Assembly (NCBI RefSeq): GCF_000018465.1
Contig: NC_010085.1
Span: 1,050,001 to 1,082,000 of the forward strand
From: Nitrosopumilus maritimus SCM1
GTDB taxonomy: Archaea; Thermoproteota; Nitrososphaeria; Nitrososphaerales; Nitrosopumilaceae
Direction: 5' to 3'
DNA length: 32,000 bases
Numbering within the stretch: the first letter of the stretch is position 1; each line of letters opens with the position of its first letter. The position numbers and the translations under genes are program-made. The notes below the pieces were generated by a model. That model made no database searches. It was given only the letters and a program-made list of their open reading frames with translations, and was not told the origin of the DNA. Shown here in pieces: positions 16,716 to 25,013 of this stretch.

Positions 16716-17632
16716 TAGTCTTGGACGGAATCTCCCCAATAAGTCCATGTTCCGTCATCTGCAGAGTCTTTGCCCCTTGCAAACATTTCAAACTTCTTTT
16801 TTGCAGGATAGTATTTTTCAATCATACGATAAAACATGCGAGGCTTTTCAGAGTGTCTTGTTCTTTCTGCCATTCCAACAGAGGACACACGTACAGACTC
16901 TGGTGGAACTCCTGGGTTTCCTTTGGTGCCAACAAGCAGAAGCTCATGTGATCCCTTAAAGTAATACCCAGTACCGTTTTGCAGTTTGTTGTTTTTTTGT
17001 TTTACCCACACCATGTTTGTTTTGTAAGTAAAACCCCAATGTTTCATAAGAGACAATGCCTCGTCAAGTTTGGGATTCGTAGTCCACATAAACAAAATGC
17101 AGTCCTTGTATGAGGGAACATTAGGAATCTCCAATTTCATTTCTTCAAGTGTCATTGTTTTGTAATCAGGTGCTCCTTCTAATGGCAAGTCATATTTCCA
17201 GGGAGGATCTGCAACAATTACCTCGTACTGGTTTTTTGGCAGATTGGGAGTTGGAGTTGTGGCCTTTTTTGCAGTGTTGATCATTTTGTGAGCATAGTCT
17301 ATGCTCATACCGGACTCTATTCTTTGAGGGATATTGCCAAATTCCTTTGGATTTTCCCTCACCTGCTGCTCTATTGCCATGATTTTGTCAATTTGGCCTC
17401 CAGACACGCCTACATAATGCGCAATTTCGTCACGAACCTTGAATTTTGGCTCACCTGGTGATAATTTGACACCAGCTTGGCGGCGTTTTTTGGCCTCTTC
17501 ATCTAGCTTGGGTTTTAGCTTGGAAATTATCTCACACATTTCAGAAAACGTGAAGTTTTTTCGAATTGTGTTTTCTGTAATTTCTATTTGCTGACCCAAA
17601 GGCAAGTCCTGCAAAAGTGTCTCATCAATCAT
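16715..17632 (-). CDS. HTH (ParB-like) + MT-A70 family DNA N6-adenine methyltransferase
   Basis: VRDEIAHYVGVSGGQIDKIMAIEQQ (HTH), YEVIVADPPWKYDLP (DPPW), FMWTTNPKLDEALSLMKHWGFTYKTNMVWVK, GKDSADDGTWTYWGD. Confidence 0.92.
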   Translation of the reverse strand: MIDETLLQDLPLGQQIEITENTIRKNFTFSEMCEIISKLKPKLDEEAKKRRQAGVKLSPGEPKFKVRDEIAHYVGVSGGQIDKIMAIEQQVRENPKEFGNIPQRIESGMSIDYAHKMINTAKKATTPTPNLPKNQYEVIVADPPWKYDLPLEGAPDYKTMTLEEMKLEIPNVPSYKDCILFMWTTNPKLDEALSLMKHWGFTYKTNMVWVKQKNNKLQNGTGYYFKGSHELLLVGTKGNPGVPPESVRVSSVGMAERTRHSEKPRMFYRMIEKYYPAKKKFEMFARGKDSADDGTWTYWGDSVQD

Positions 17633-17868
17633 TTCTTATCCCCCATAACATGTGCATCAATTTTCTCAAATCCTAGAGACTTGCAAGCTTGCAGACGTCT
17701 GAATCCTGCAAGAAGTGTAAATGCACCACTTGTTTCCTGTTTTACTATTATTGGCTGTAACAGTCCCAGTGTGGCAATAGAATTTTCAAGTAGTTGAATA
17801 CTACCAATGTCTTTTCTGAACCGCTTGCCTATTCGAATATTTTTGACACTTATTTTTTGGAAAGACAT
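17629..17868 (-). CDS. Stand-alone ParB N-terminal-like domain protein (79 aa)
   Basis: ISVKNIRIGKRFRKDIGSIQLLENSIATLGLLQPIIVKQETSGAFTLLAGFRRLQACKSLGFEKIDAHVM. Confidence 0.9.
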   Translation of the reverse strand: MSFQKISVKNIRIGKRFRKDIGSIQLLENSIATLGLLQPIIVKQETSGAFTLLAGFRRLQACKSLGFEKIDAHVMGDKK

Positions 17869-18335
17869 TATTGAAAGTCCTCCTTTTTTAGAGAATACTC
17901 TACATAGACACTATCACCATCATCTACTCGTTTTAGAACGCCAGCGCTTGAACAGATTTTGTCAAGGTATCGTCGTGCAGTAATTGGAGAGATGTTGATT
18001 TTTTCTGCAGCCGAATTTATCAGATCATGTTCCTCAACTCGCAAGTTCTCTGACTCTGATATCTGCTGATAAGCATACAGGCGGAATCGCACTTCTTTTC
18101 TTCTGTTAATTTGAATTTCCGTTTCATATCCCGTATCTTTTCTAATTTTCTCACTCTCACTCACACACAGAAGAGACAGATTGCGAAGACAAATGCAAGT
18201 GTTGCACATTACAAGTTCTTTTTCCTCAGAGTCATCTGCAGTTACTTTGGACAGAGGATTTTTTGTTGAAGACTTTCCGCACATTTGGCAAAATTGATCA
18301 TCAACAGAATCATTTGCTAAAACATCAGAGTTCAT
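17868..18335 (-). CDS. Zinc-finger (CxxC...CxxC) + wHTH-like protein; start MNSDVLANDS at 18335
   Basis: FCQMCGKSS...LVMCNTCICLRN...SAAEKINISPITARRYLDKICSSAGVLKRV; ATGA overlap with the upstream Cys-rich peptide. Confidence 0.75.
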   Translation of the reverse strand: MNSDVLANDSVDDQFCQMCGKSSTKNPLSKVTADDSEEKELVMCNTCICLRNLSLLCVSESEKIRKDTGYETEIQINRRKEVRFRLYAYQQISESENLRVEEHDLINSAAEKINISPITARRYLDKICSSAGVLKRVDDGDSVYVEYSLKKEDFQ

Positions 18336-18460
18336 TTGGAATTCTCCTCGCATTTGCAGCTGCACTTTACGTCTATTGCAAGATTCGTTACACTATCTAC
18401 AACAGAGATTTGAGAGACATGTTCAGAGCAGTCTCCACAAGAACAGCCCTTGCAGAGCAT
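18332..18460 (-). CDS. 42-aa Cys-rich peptide (7 Cys)
   Basis: MLCKGCSCGDCSEHVSQISVVDSVTNLAIDVKCSCKCEENSK*, translationally coupled (ATGA) to the next gene; absent from ORF track. Confidence 0.6.
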   Translation of the reverse strand: MLCKGCSCGDCSEHVSQISVVDSVTNLAIDVKCSCKCEENSK

Positions 18461-18474
18461 ATTGGTGGAAATGC

Positions 18475-18600
18475 TCATTTTTTAGCCTCCAAATCAAGCA
18501 GTTTTTTGATAATATCCTCATAGGACTGGCCAAATTTACCGATTTTCGTCAGCTTTGCTTTTGTGTCACAGGAGACAGTTATTGTAGTTCTGCAAGACAT
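18475..18600 (-). CDS. 41-aa VapB/RHH-like antitoxin-type microprotein
   Basis: MSCRTTITVSCDTKAKLTKIGKFGQSYEDIIKKLLDLEAKK*; pattern of archaeal VapB-like/ribbon-helix-helix proteins; absent from ORF track. Confidence 0.7.
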   Translation of the reverse strand: MSCRTTITVSCDTKAKLTKIGKFGQSYEDIIKKLLDLEAKK

Positions 18601-18657
18601 TAATCATATTCAGTGAACAAGATGAATATAGTACAATGATGATTGTTACACCAGTGA

Positions 18658-19332
18658 ATGGTTAATCGAATTACTAAAAGATCCGAGCATGGCAATACAC
18701 TCCAGATAATTCAAAAATTTCTAGCAAAAGTAGAAGAGGCAACAGTCAGTCAAATCGAAAAAGAGTTAGCAAGTAAGGAAATAAAATACAAAAGCAAGCG
18801 TTCTGTAATTGCAAGACTAAACAGACTCGTTGAACAGAATTTTTTAGAAAAGATAGAGTACAAAGATGTTCCAAGGTACTGTCTTCCAAATGGACGAATG
18901 ACTCCATCACATATTGGATTGATGATAAAAACAGAGACAAACAATTTCCTAGGCAAAACAATGTCAAGGATTGGGGCAAAAAAATTCCTTAAATTTTATT
19001 CAAAATTTGCAGGAGTGTATGAGATGTATGTAGAAGCGCTCAGCTGGAAGTTGTTCAAGGATGAAAAGAATTTTAGAAAAAGAACAAGAAGTAGAGAGGA
19101 ATTTTTACAAGAGGCACTTCAATTAAGAATTCCGTTTCCAAAGAGCATAGCAGAGTTGGCTCAAATCCATGACATGAAAAAAATTGAGATCATTTACAAG
19201 AACTGTGAAAAGATCGTTTTAGAAACAGAGTCAAAATTAGATGAAGAATGTTTGGAGATATGCAAGGGAATGTTCAGGATTACAGAAGAAAAAATTTCAC
19301 ATATTGCAAAAACAAAAGATCCTATTCTGTAA
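18658..19332 (+). CDS. wHTH-containing hypothetical protein of the integrated element
   Basis: TLQIIQKFLAKVEEATVSQIEKELASKEIKYKSKRSVIARLNRLVEQNFLEKIEY; long ORF convergent with the integrase. Confidence 0.75.
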   Translation: MVNRITKRSEHGNTLQIIQKFLAKVEEATVSQIEKELASKEIKYKSKRSVIARLNRLVEQNFLEKIEYKDVPRYCLPNGRMTPSHIGLMIKTETNNFLGKTMSRIGAKKFLKFYSKFAGVYEMYVEALSWKLFKDEKNFRKRTRSREEFLQEALQLRIPFPKSIAELAQIHDMKKIEIIYKNCEKIVLETESKLDEECLEICKGMFRITEEKISHIAKTKDPIL

Positions 19333-20524
19333 CAGTCCAGCCTTTTTGCGTTAATTCTTTTTTTACCCGCTCAACAGCATCATCCACCAATGTTGGAATT
19401 TGTTCCTCAAGATTCTTTTTCGCTTCTTTGAGTTTCTGATTTTCAAATTTTACGCGTTCAGTGTCTGAAATTGTAAGAAATGGGATTGCCTTTTCATATT
19501 CGGAGAATCTCTCAAAATCCTCTTCAGCGTATCGCTCATAGTGCTTTTCCAAGCCTGTCTTGTGTCCCATCATGTCTTCCTTGTCTAGGAAGTCTACCTT
19601 GGCTCGCCTGAGATTTGTGTTAAAGGATTTTCTAAAGCCATGGTCCAGTTTTACCTCGTGTCTTCGCCTTCCTGGAGGTAGAGGAGGTCTAAGACCAATT
19701 GCGCGAACTACATTCTCAACTCTCCTTCGAACGCCCTTGTGATTTAGTCTGTGTATTGTAGGATACTTTACTGCCTTGAGCAGCGGATCATCAGGATTTG
19801 GATATACACCAATGTCAGCCTTCCATTTTTCTCGATACATGTCAAGGTAATTGCATGCCTCTGGCGTGATAAATGTCCAATATTGTTCTGGGTCATTTCT
19901 GTAAACACACAGTGCTGCACCTCTAAAGCTGTCATCAGGATTTCTAAAAAATACCACGTCCTTCCATGTAAAATAATCCCATGACTCTAGTCGGAATCCT
20001 GCTGATGCAAACATTGTAACTATTACCTTGTCGGTAATGTCGTTTGACACCTCAAGCATTCTCTGCATCTCTTCTGTGGTGTATGCTCTATCGTTTGAGC
20101 CTCGGGTAATCCTCGGATACAGTTTTGACAAAGACTTCCAGTGAACTGCAATTCGATTAGAGTCAAGTAGTACCTTAATTGGCTTGATATGATTTGGAAG
20201 TGTCTGCGGACTAATCTCTCCTGCTTCCACTCTCTTCTTGTCTTCCTTGATGTATGCGGCAATAATGTCTGATGCTAGATCAGAACTCTTTCTTGCAGCA
20301 TCAACAAAGAATTTTGCAAGTGTTGTAGCTTCATTGTTTGGAGGTTTTTCTCCTAGTGCATCTTGGTAGATTTCGTTTGGGATTAATTTTAGAAACGTGT
20401 ACAGCAGATTCTTGTATCTCCTTTTTGTCTCCTTGTGTTTTATCGAGTCCAAAAAAAGTTGGTAGGGATCACTTCTTGTGTTTATCTTCTCTAGGGTAAT
20501 TTCCATCAGATGATGCCATGACAT
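19322..20524 (-). CDS. Tyrosine recombinase/integrase (archaeal type)
   Basis: FASAGFRLESWDYFTWKDV (Arg box), HGFRKSFNTNLRRAKVDFLDKEDMMGHKTGLEKHYERY (H/K-x-x-R ... H ... Y). Confidence 0.87.
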   Translation of the reverse strand: MSWHHLMEITLEKINTRSDPYQLFLDSIKHKETKRRYKNLLYTFLKLIPNEIYQDALGEKPPNNEATTLAKFFVDAARKSSDLASDIIAAYIKEDKKRVEAGEISPQTLPNHIKPIKVLLDSNRIAVHWKSLSKLYPRITRGSNDRAYTTEEMQRMLEVSNDITDKVIVTMFASAGFRLESWDYFTWKDVVFFRNPDDSFRGAALCVYRNDPEQYWTFITPEACNYLDMYREKWKADIGVYPNPDDPLLKAVKYPTIHRLNHKGVRRRVENVVRAIGLRPPLPPGRRRHEVKLDHGFRKSFNTNLRRAKVDFLDKEDMMGHKTGLEKHYERYAEEDFERFSEYEKAIPFLTISDTERVKFENQKLKEAKKNLEEQIPTLVDDAVERVKKELTQKGWTVTE

Positions 20525-20691
20525 AGGTCGTATTTAACATCCATGATGCACCAGTATTCCCATCCGGTCCACTACATTCCTAGGTTGTTTTGCAGATTCT
20601 ATTCATCTACAACAATGGTTCAAGTTTTAACAGATTCATTCTGAAAAAGAATTCTTAATATTCTCCAAACAAAGATGTGAGTTGAATACAA

Positions 20692-21237
20692 ATGCCAACA
20701 ATTCTGTTGATTTTAGGCTCACAAACAGGAGCATTTGCAGCTGGAAACTATAACAAAGGACTTTTTGAAGCAGCAAAAGAATTACTTTCAAAAAAATATG
20801 ATGTAATTGAAACCAAAATTGAAGAAGGGTACGAAATTGCAGATGAAATTGAAAAATGGAAAAAATCTGATTTTATTATTTACCAATATCCAATCTATTG
20901 GTTCATGATGCCTCCAATTCTCAAAAAATATTTGGATGATGTTTATGCTTATGGTGAATTTTTTGCATTTAATGATGGACCTTATGGTTCTGGTGGATTG
21001 ATGAAAGGAAAAAAAGTAATGTTGTCTACAACTTGGAATTCTCCTGCAGATGCACTTGGAGGAGAATTCTTTGATGGTGCTAGTCGAGATGATGTATTGT
21101 TGCCTATGCGTCTAAGCCAAACTTATTGTGGAATGGAAGAATTATCGCATTTTTCATGTCATGATGTAATCAAAAATCCTCACTTTGATGATGATAAACA
21201 ACGATTCATCAAACATTTAGAACAAGTATTTTCTTAA
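20692..21237 (+). CDS. MdaB/KefF-like flavodoxin-fold NAD(P)H oxidoreductase
   Basis: SDFIIYQYPIYWFMMPPILKKYLDDVYAYGEFFAF...GPYGSGGLMKGKKVMLSTTWNSPADAL. Confidence 0.85.
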   Translation: MPTILLILGSQTGAFAAGNYNKGLFEAAKELLSKKYDVIETKIEEGYEIADEIEKWKKSDFIIYQYPIYWFMMPPILKKYLDDVYAYGEFFAFNDGPYGSGGLMKGKKVMLSTTWNSPADALGGEFFDGASRDDVLLPMRLSQTYCGMEELSHFSCHDVIKNPHFDDDKQRFIKHLEQVFS

Positions 21238-21456
21238 TTGGTTCAAGTCATACCAGAATCTGAACTTTAAATAAAATCTCAAAAATGTCCCACCGTGGGT
21301 TACAATCGTAAATAGTCCATACCTATGATGAGGGTTTTTTATAAAAAAATAATCTCCAAAATACCCCAGGAATCTCCGTAATCTAATCCGGTCCACTACC
21401 ATAATTTCAGAGTTTTTGAAAAAAAGTTATTATTCTAAAAAGACAAAAAGATAGTA

Positions 21457-21837
21457 TTGGAAATTCAAGAAATATCACCTGTTGTAATTTACGATAATGC
21501 ATGTCATCTTTGTGCAAAGTTTGCAAGTACAGTTAACTTTTTTGCTAGAGGGAAGATTGCATTAGTTGGGCATTATTCTGAAACGGGAGAAAAACTTCGA
21601 AAACAATATCTTGATTCTAGTGCAACAGAAATGTTTTGGTTTATTGATGGAAAAAATGCATATGGTGGTCGTGCAGCATTGTTACCATTAATTGGAGAAA
21701 TTCTTTTCTCAAAGAAAAGAGCACCAATTCAAACAATAGTTGAAGAGACATGTGATGCGGGATGTAAAGCACCTAATGCAGTCTTTGTAAGATCTGCTAG
21801 TCTTTTTACTCATAGCAAAAAGATCAAAATCAACTAG
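21457..21837 (+). CDS. DCC family (DUF393) putative thiol-disulfide oxidoreductase
   Basis: VVIYDNACHLCAKFASTV ... ATEMFWFIDGKNAYGGRAALLPL. Confidence 0.87.
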   Translation: MEIQEISPVVIYDNACHLCAKFASTVNFFARGKIALVGHYSETGEKLRKQYLDSSATEMFWFIDGKNAYGGRAALLPLIGEILFSKKRAPIQTIVEETCDAGCKAPNAVFVRSASLFTHSKKIKIN

Positions 21838-23174
21838 TTTTCTAATGGGACAATCCAAGACTTTGGAAGAAGTGTTCTTGGTTCTTTTGCCAAATCAACG
21901 TTTGGGTAAATTAATTTTTGATAATCTCGCCCATTTACAGAGGATGTTATATCCACTCGAATCTCAATGTCTTCATATCCTTGACTGCGATATTTTTCTG
22001 CAAGAAAATGGCTGTACTGTAAAATCATATCAGGTCTTGTAGACATTTTAGATTCTTGTCTTGCAGTTAGGTCCTCATCATGATCTACTGTCCAACTCCT
22101 TCCTGTACTAGGATCTGTTGCTGTAAATTCCATAAACAACGTATCTTTGTCTCTAAGCTTCATGTGCCATGCAAAATTGTGCCCTTCTTCAGTCCAGCTA
22201 ACATTTCCAGGATATGCATAATGACGTAAGGGCAGGGTAATTTGTACAACAAGGAAAATCAGGATTAGGGATAAGACAATTTTTTGGTTTTTTGTCAATG
22301 TTGTGATTTTGGATTTTGGTTTTTTTGCTACTTTGAATCTCTTTAAGACTCTAGGCCAACTAGGAACAAAGAAGATCAAAGTTGCAAAAATCATAAACCA
22401 CGGAAATATTCCAATTGAAAATAGTTGTGCGTTTAGAAGGTGAAATGAAACTAAAATTGCATATGCAAAAATTCTAGAACGGCGCCAGAGCAAAAACGGT
22501 ACTGCAAGCAAATCAACAAACAAGGCACTATATGCAAAAAACATTACAAACCACTCTTCAGTAAAAAACTGACCTAAAAGAGGAAACGTATCAGCTTCAC
22601 TTTCAAGCCAGAATCTTAATGGATATCCTGCAAGCCAATCAGGATTTAGTTTTGCAATGCCACCAAAAAAGTATGGAATTCCAACTAGAATTCTCAAAAG
22701 CCATAACGAGTATGCTGAAATAAAATCAGTTCTAATTTTCTTGTTGAACCATGAATCAATGGAAAGTGATCTATTTGCAGGAATGAAGATAAGAATAAAG
22801 CTGACAAGCCAAATCAAATAAAAGTGATTGAGATATCTCGATTGTTCTGAGAAAAAGATCTGGGAGAAAGCCAAGAAAAACAAAATTGCACAAATTCGGT
22901 ATTTGAATCCAACCATTATGCAGACAGACAAAACCCCCATTGCAGCAAAATGCACATACATCAGATCACCAGGCCATGGCTTTACCCAATCAAATCCATA
23001 GTATGTAAAATGGAATATTGGATCTATCCAGTATTTAGATATCCAATCATGTTCAAAATATCGAAACACTTCCCAAAGCATAACAGCTCCAAAAATTATC
23101 CTGAAGTAAACCAGAATTGCAATATCACTTGGCTCAAATAGTTTTTGCAAAATTGTTGTTTTTGCAATACTCAT
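21834..23174 (-). CDS. HTTM domain membrane protein, vitamin K-dependent gamma-carboxylase-like
   Basis: LVYFRIIFGAVMLWEV, QSRYLNHFYLIWLVSFILIFIPANRSLSID, WLLRILVGIPYFFGGIAKLNPDWLAGYPLR; many TMs. Confidence 0.87.
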   Translation of the reverse strand: MSIAKTTILQKLFEPSDIAILVYFRIIFGAVMLWEVFRYFEHDWISKYWIDPIFHFTYYGFDWVKPWPGDLMYVHFAAMGVLSVCIMVGFKYRICAILFFLAFSQIFFSEQSRYLNHFYLIWLVSFILIFIPANRSLSIDSWFNKKIRTDFISAYSLWLLRILVGIPYFFGGIAKLNPDWLAGYPLRFWLESEADTFPLLGQFFTEEWFVMFFAYSALFVDLLAVPFLLWRRSRIFAYAILVSFHLLNAQLFSIGIFPWFMIFATLIFFVPSWPRVLKRFKVAKKPKSKITTLTKNQKIVLSLILIFLVVQITLPLRHYAYPGNVSWTEEGHNFAWHMKLRDKDTLFMEFTATDPSTGRSWTVDHDEDLTARQESKMSTRPDMILQYSHFLAEKYRSQGYEDIEIRVDITSSVNGRDYQKLIYPNVDLAKEPRTLLPKSWIVPLEN

Positions 23175-23272
23175 TTGAAGAGTTGTGAATTTTGGATTAT
23201 TAAAATTTGGATCAAAGATTGGGTGATAATGTCATTCAACTTACTTAAATTAGACAACCAATCAAAAAAATC

Positions 23273-23404
23273 ATGAAAGCAAGATTCCCTGGAAAATGTG
23301 TAGAATGTGGGGAGGCAATCAAAGTTGGAAAAGAAATTCTAAAAAATTCCAAAGAACAGTGGGTTCATGCAGCATGTTCTGATTTAGAAGATGAATTACC
23401 ATAA
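23273..23404 (+). CDS. 43-aa zinc-ribbon-like microprotein
   Basis: MKARFPGKCVECGEAIKVGKEILKNSKEQWVHAACSDLEDELP*; CxxC...HxxC; absent from ORF track. Confidence 0.8.
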   Translation: MKARFPGKCVECGEAIKVGKEILKNSKEQWVHAACSDLEDELP

Positions 23405-23456
23405 AATGATTAAATTTGCAATAAATCTTTTAAACAACCATAAAAAAGCTAGTCAC

Positions 23457-23876
23457 ATGAAGACAAAAACAAGTATCGTTCTAGCAATTATTGCATCATT
23501 TGCAGTTCTGATGTTTCCATCAGAGGCAATTGCAGAGAATTCAGAAACGACAACAATCACTCCAATCAATGAAGAAATCAGTCTACAAAGAACAGTCACA
23601 ACAATGATTGTTCCAGAAGGCAATACACTACCATGGGGATTTGTCACAGGTAGTGCTTCAGAATATGTTGAAAGACATCCAGTAATCATTCAATTCTTTG
23701 ATGAAGCAAATGATTTGGTACATGTTGCCCAAGTTGATGTCAAAGGAGATGGTTCTTACGAATACAAGTTTAGAGTAACTAGTATTGATGAAAATGGAGA
23801 TATGGAAAAAGCCTTTGAAGGCGAATATACTGTAATGATATACAGAGTCATTCCTAACTCAAATCAACTAGTCTAA
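23457..23876 (+). CDS. Secreted beta-sandwich-like hypothetical protein (start MKTKTSIVLAI at 23457)
   Basis: Signal peptide MKTKTSIVLAIIASFAVLMFPSEAIAEN; ORF-track start is upstream and probably not used. Confidence 0.8.
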   Translation: MKTKTSIVLAIIASFAVLMFPSEAIAENSETTTITPINEEISLQRTVTTMIVPEGNTLPWGFVTGSASEYVERHPVIIQFFDEANDLVHVAQVDVKGDGSYEYKFRVTSIDENGDMEKAFEGEYTVMIYRVIPNSNQLV

Positions 23877-23931
23877 ACATTCCTTTTTTTCATAGAATTC
23901 ATATACTATTCAAGAAAATGCTAGCTAGAAA

Positions 23932-24471
23932 ATGAGTAAAAATTTTTGGCACGATATAGAATCAGGAGCAGATATTCCTGAAATTATCAATGTAGTAGTA
24001 GAGATTCCTAAAGGTTCTATGAACAAATACGAATATGATAAAAAACACAACATGATAAAACTTGACAGAGTTTTATTTTCACCATTTCATTATCCAGGCG
24101 ATTATGGATTAGTTCCTCAAACACTTTCTGAGGATGGGGATCCGCTGGACGCACTAGTACTTGTTACAAACCCAACTTATCCAGGAATTCTAATTGAAGC
24201 TAGACCAATTGGATTACTTCAAATGAAAGATGCAGGAGATTTAGATGACAAGATTATTTGCGTCTCAACAAATGATCCAAGATATTTACATACTACAGAT
24301 ATTTCAGACATTGAAGATCATTATCGTTCTGAAATTGCACATTTTTTCCAAGTGTACAAAGATTTGGAAGGGAAAAAAGTAGAGATACTAGGATGGCAAT
24401 CAGCAAAAGAAGCAAAGAGCATAATTGTTGAATCAATTAAAAGATACAAGAATACTTTGAAGAAATTTTAA
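23932..24471 (+). CDS. ppa: Inorganic pyrophosphatase, family I
   Basis: VVEIPKGSMNKYEYDK, PGDYGLVPQTLSEDGDPLDALVL, AGDLDDKIICV. Confidence 0.98.
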   Translation: MSKNFWHDIESGADIPEIINVVVEIPKGSMNKYEYDKKHNMIKLDRVLFSPFHYPGDYGLVPQTLSEDGDPLDALVLVTNPTYPGILIEARPIGLLQMKDAGDLDDKIICVSTNDPRYLHTTDISDIEDHYRSEIAHFFQVYKDLEGKKVEILGWQSAKEAKSIIVESIKRYKNTLKKF

Positions 24472-24472
24472 G

Positions 24473-24730
24473 ATGTCAAAAGAGTGTAATCATTTTTTAG
24501 AAGAGACAAAAGGGATAGCACCAAACACAAAAAGCTGTGAAGAATGTGAAAAAGAACATCTTCCAGTAGTTGCAATAAGGATGTGTTTGACATGTGGACA
24601 TGTAGGATGCTGTGATTCATCTATTGGAAAACACGCAACAAAACACTTTGAAGAAACAGGGCATCCAGTTATGAAAGCAATTCCAGGAGATATTTGGAAA
24701 TGGTGTTACATTTGCAAAGAATACTATTAA
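24473..24730 (+). CDS. UBP-type zinc finger protein
   Basis: CNHFLEE...CEECEKEHLPVVAIRMCLTCGHVGCCDSSIGKHATKHFEETGHPVMKAIPGDIWKWCYICKEY. Confidence 0.92.
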   Translation: MSKECNHFLEETKGIAPNTKSCEECEKEHLPVVAIRMCLTCGHVGCCDSSIGKHATKHFEETGHPVMKAIPGDIWKWCYICKEYY

Positions 24731-24758
24731 TTTTCAACATATAACAAGCACGTAGACA

Positions 24759-24974
24759 TTGAACAAAGAAAAACTTCACTGGACTTTTTGGGTAGGAATA
24801 GGATTTCTAATTGCAGGAGGAATTAGCTGGGGAATTTTACTGGCAGGAGAGGGTCCACCAAGTTTTGTTGAAGAGACCATAACGTATAGTTACGGTTGGG
24901 TAATTTTTGGAGGAGGTTTGATCATATACTCTACCATTAGAAAGGTTGTAAAATCTAGAGAATCCAAACCTTAG
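24759..24974 (+). CDS. Small 2-TM membrane protein
   Basis: WTFWVGIGFLIAGGISWGILLAG...YSYGWVIFGGGLIIYSTI. Confidence 0.75.
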   Translation: MNKEKLHWTFWVGIGFLIAGGISWGILLAGEGPPSFVEETITYSYGWVIFGGGLIIYSTIRKVVKSRESKP

Positions 24975-25013
24975 CATATTCATTTTTTAATAGTTAGGAA
25001 ATTACGATTAGCA

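Noticed and set aside
18263-18603. Plus-strand ORFs 18263-18523 and 18376-18603
   Set aside because: Antisense to the coupled minus-strand operon, whose overlaps and motifs are more convincing.
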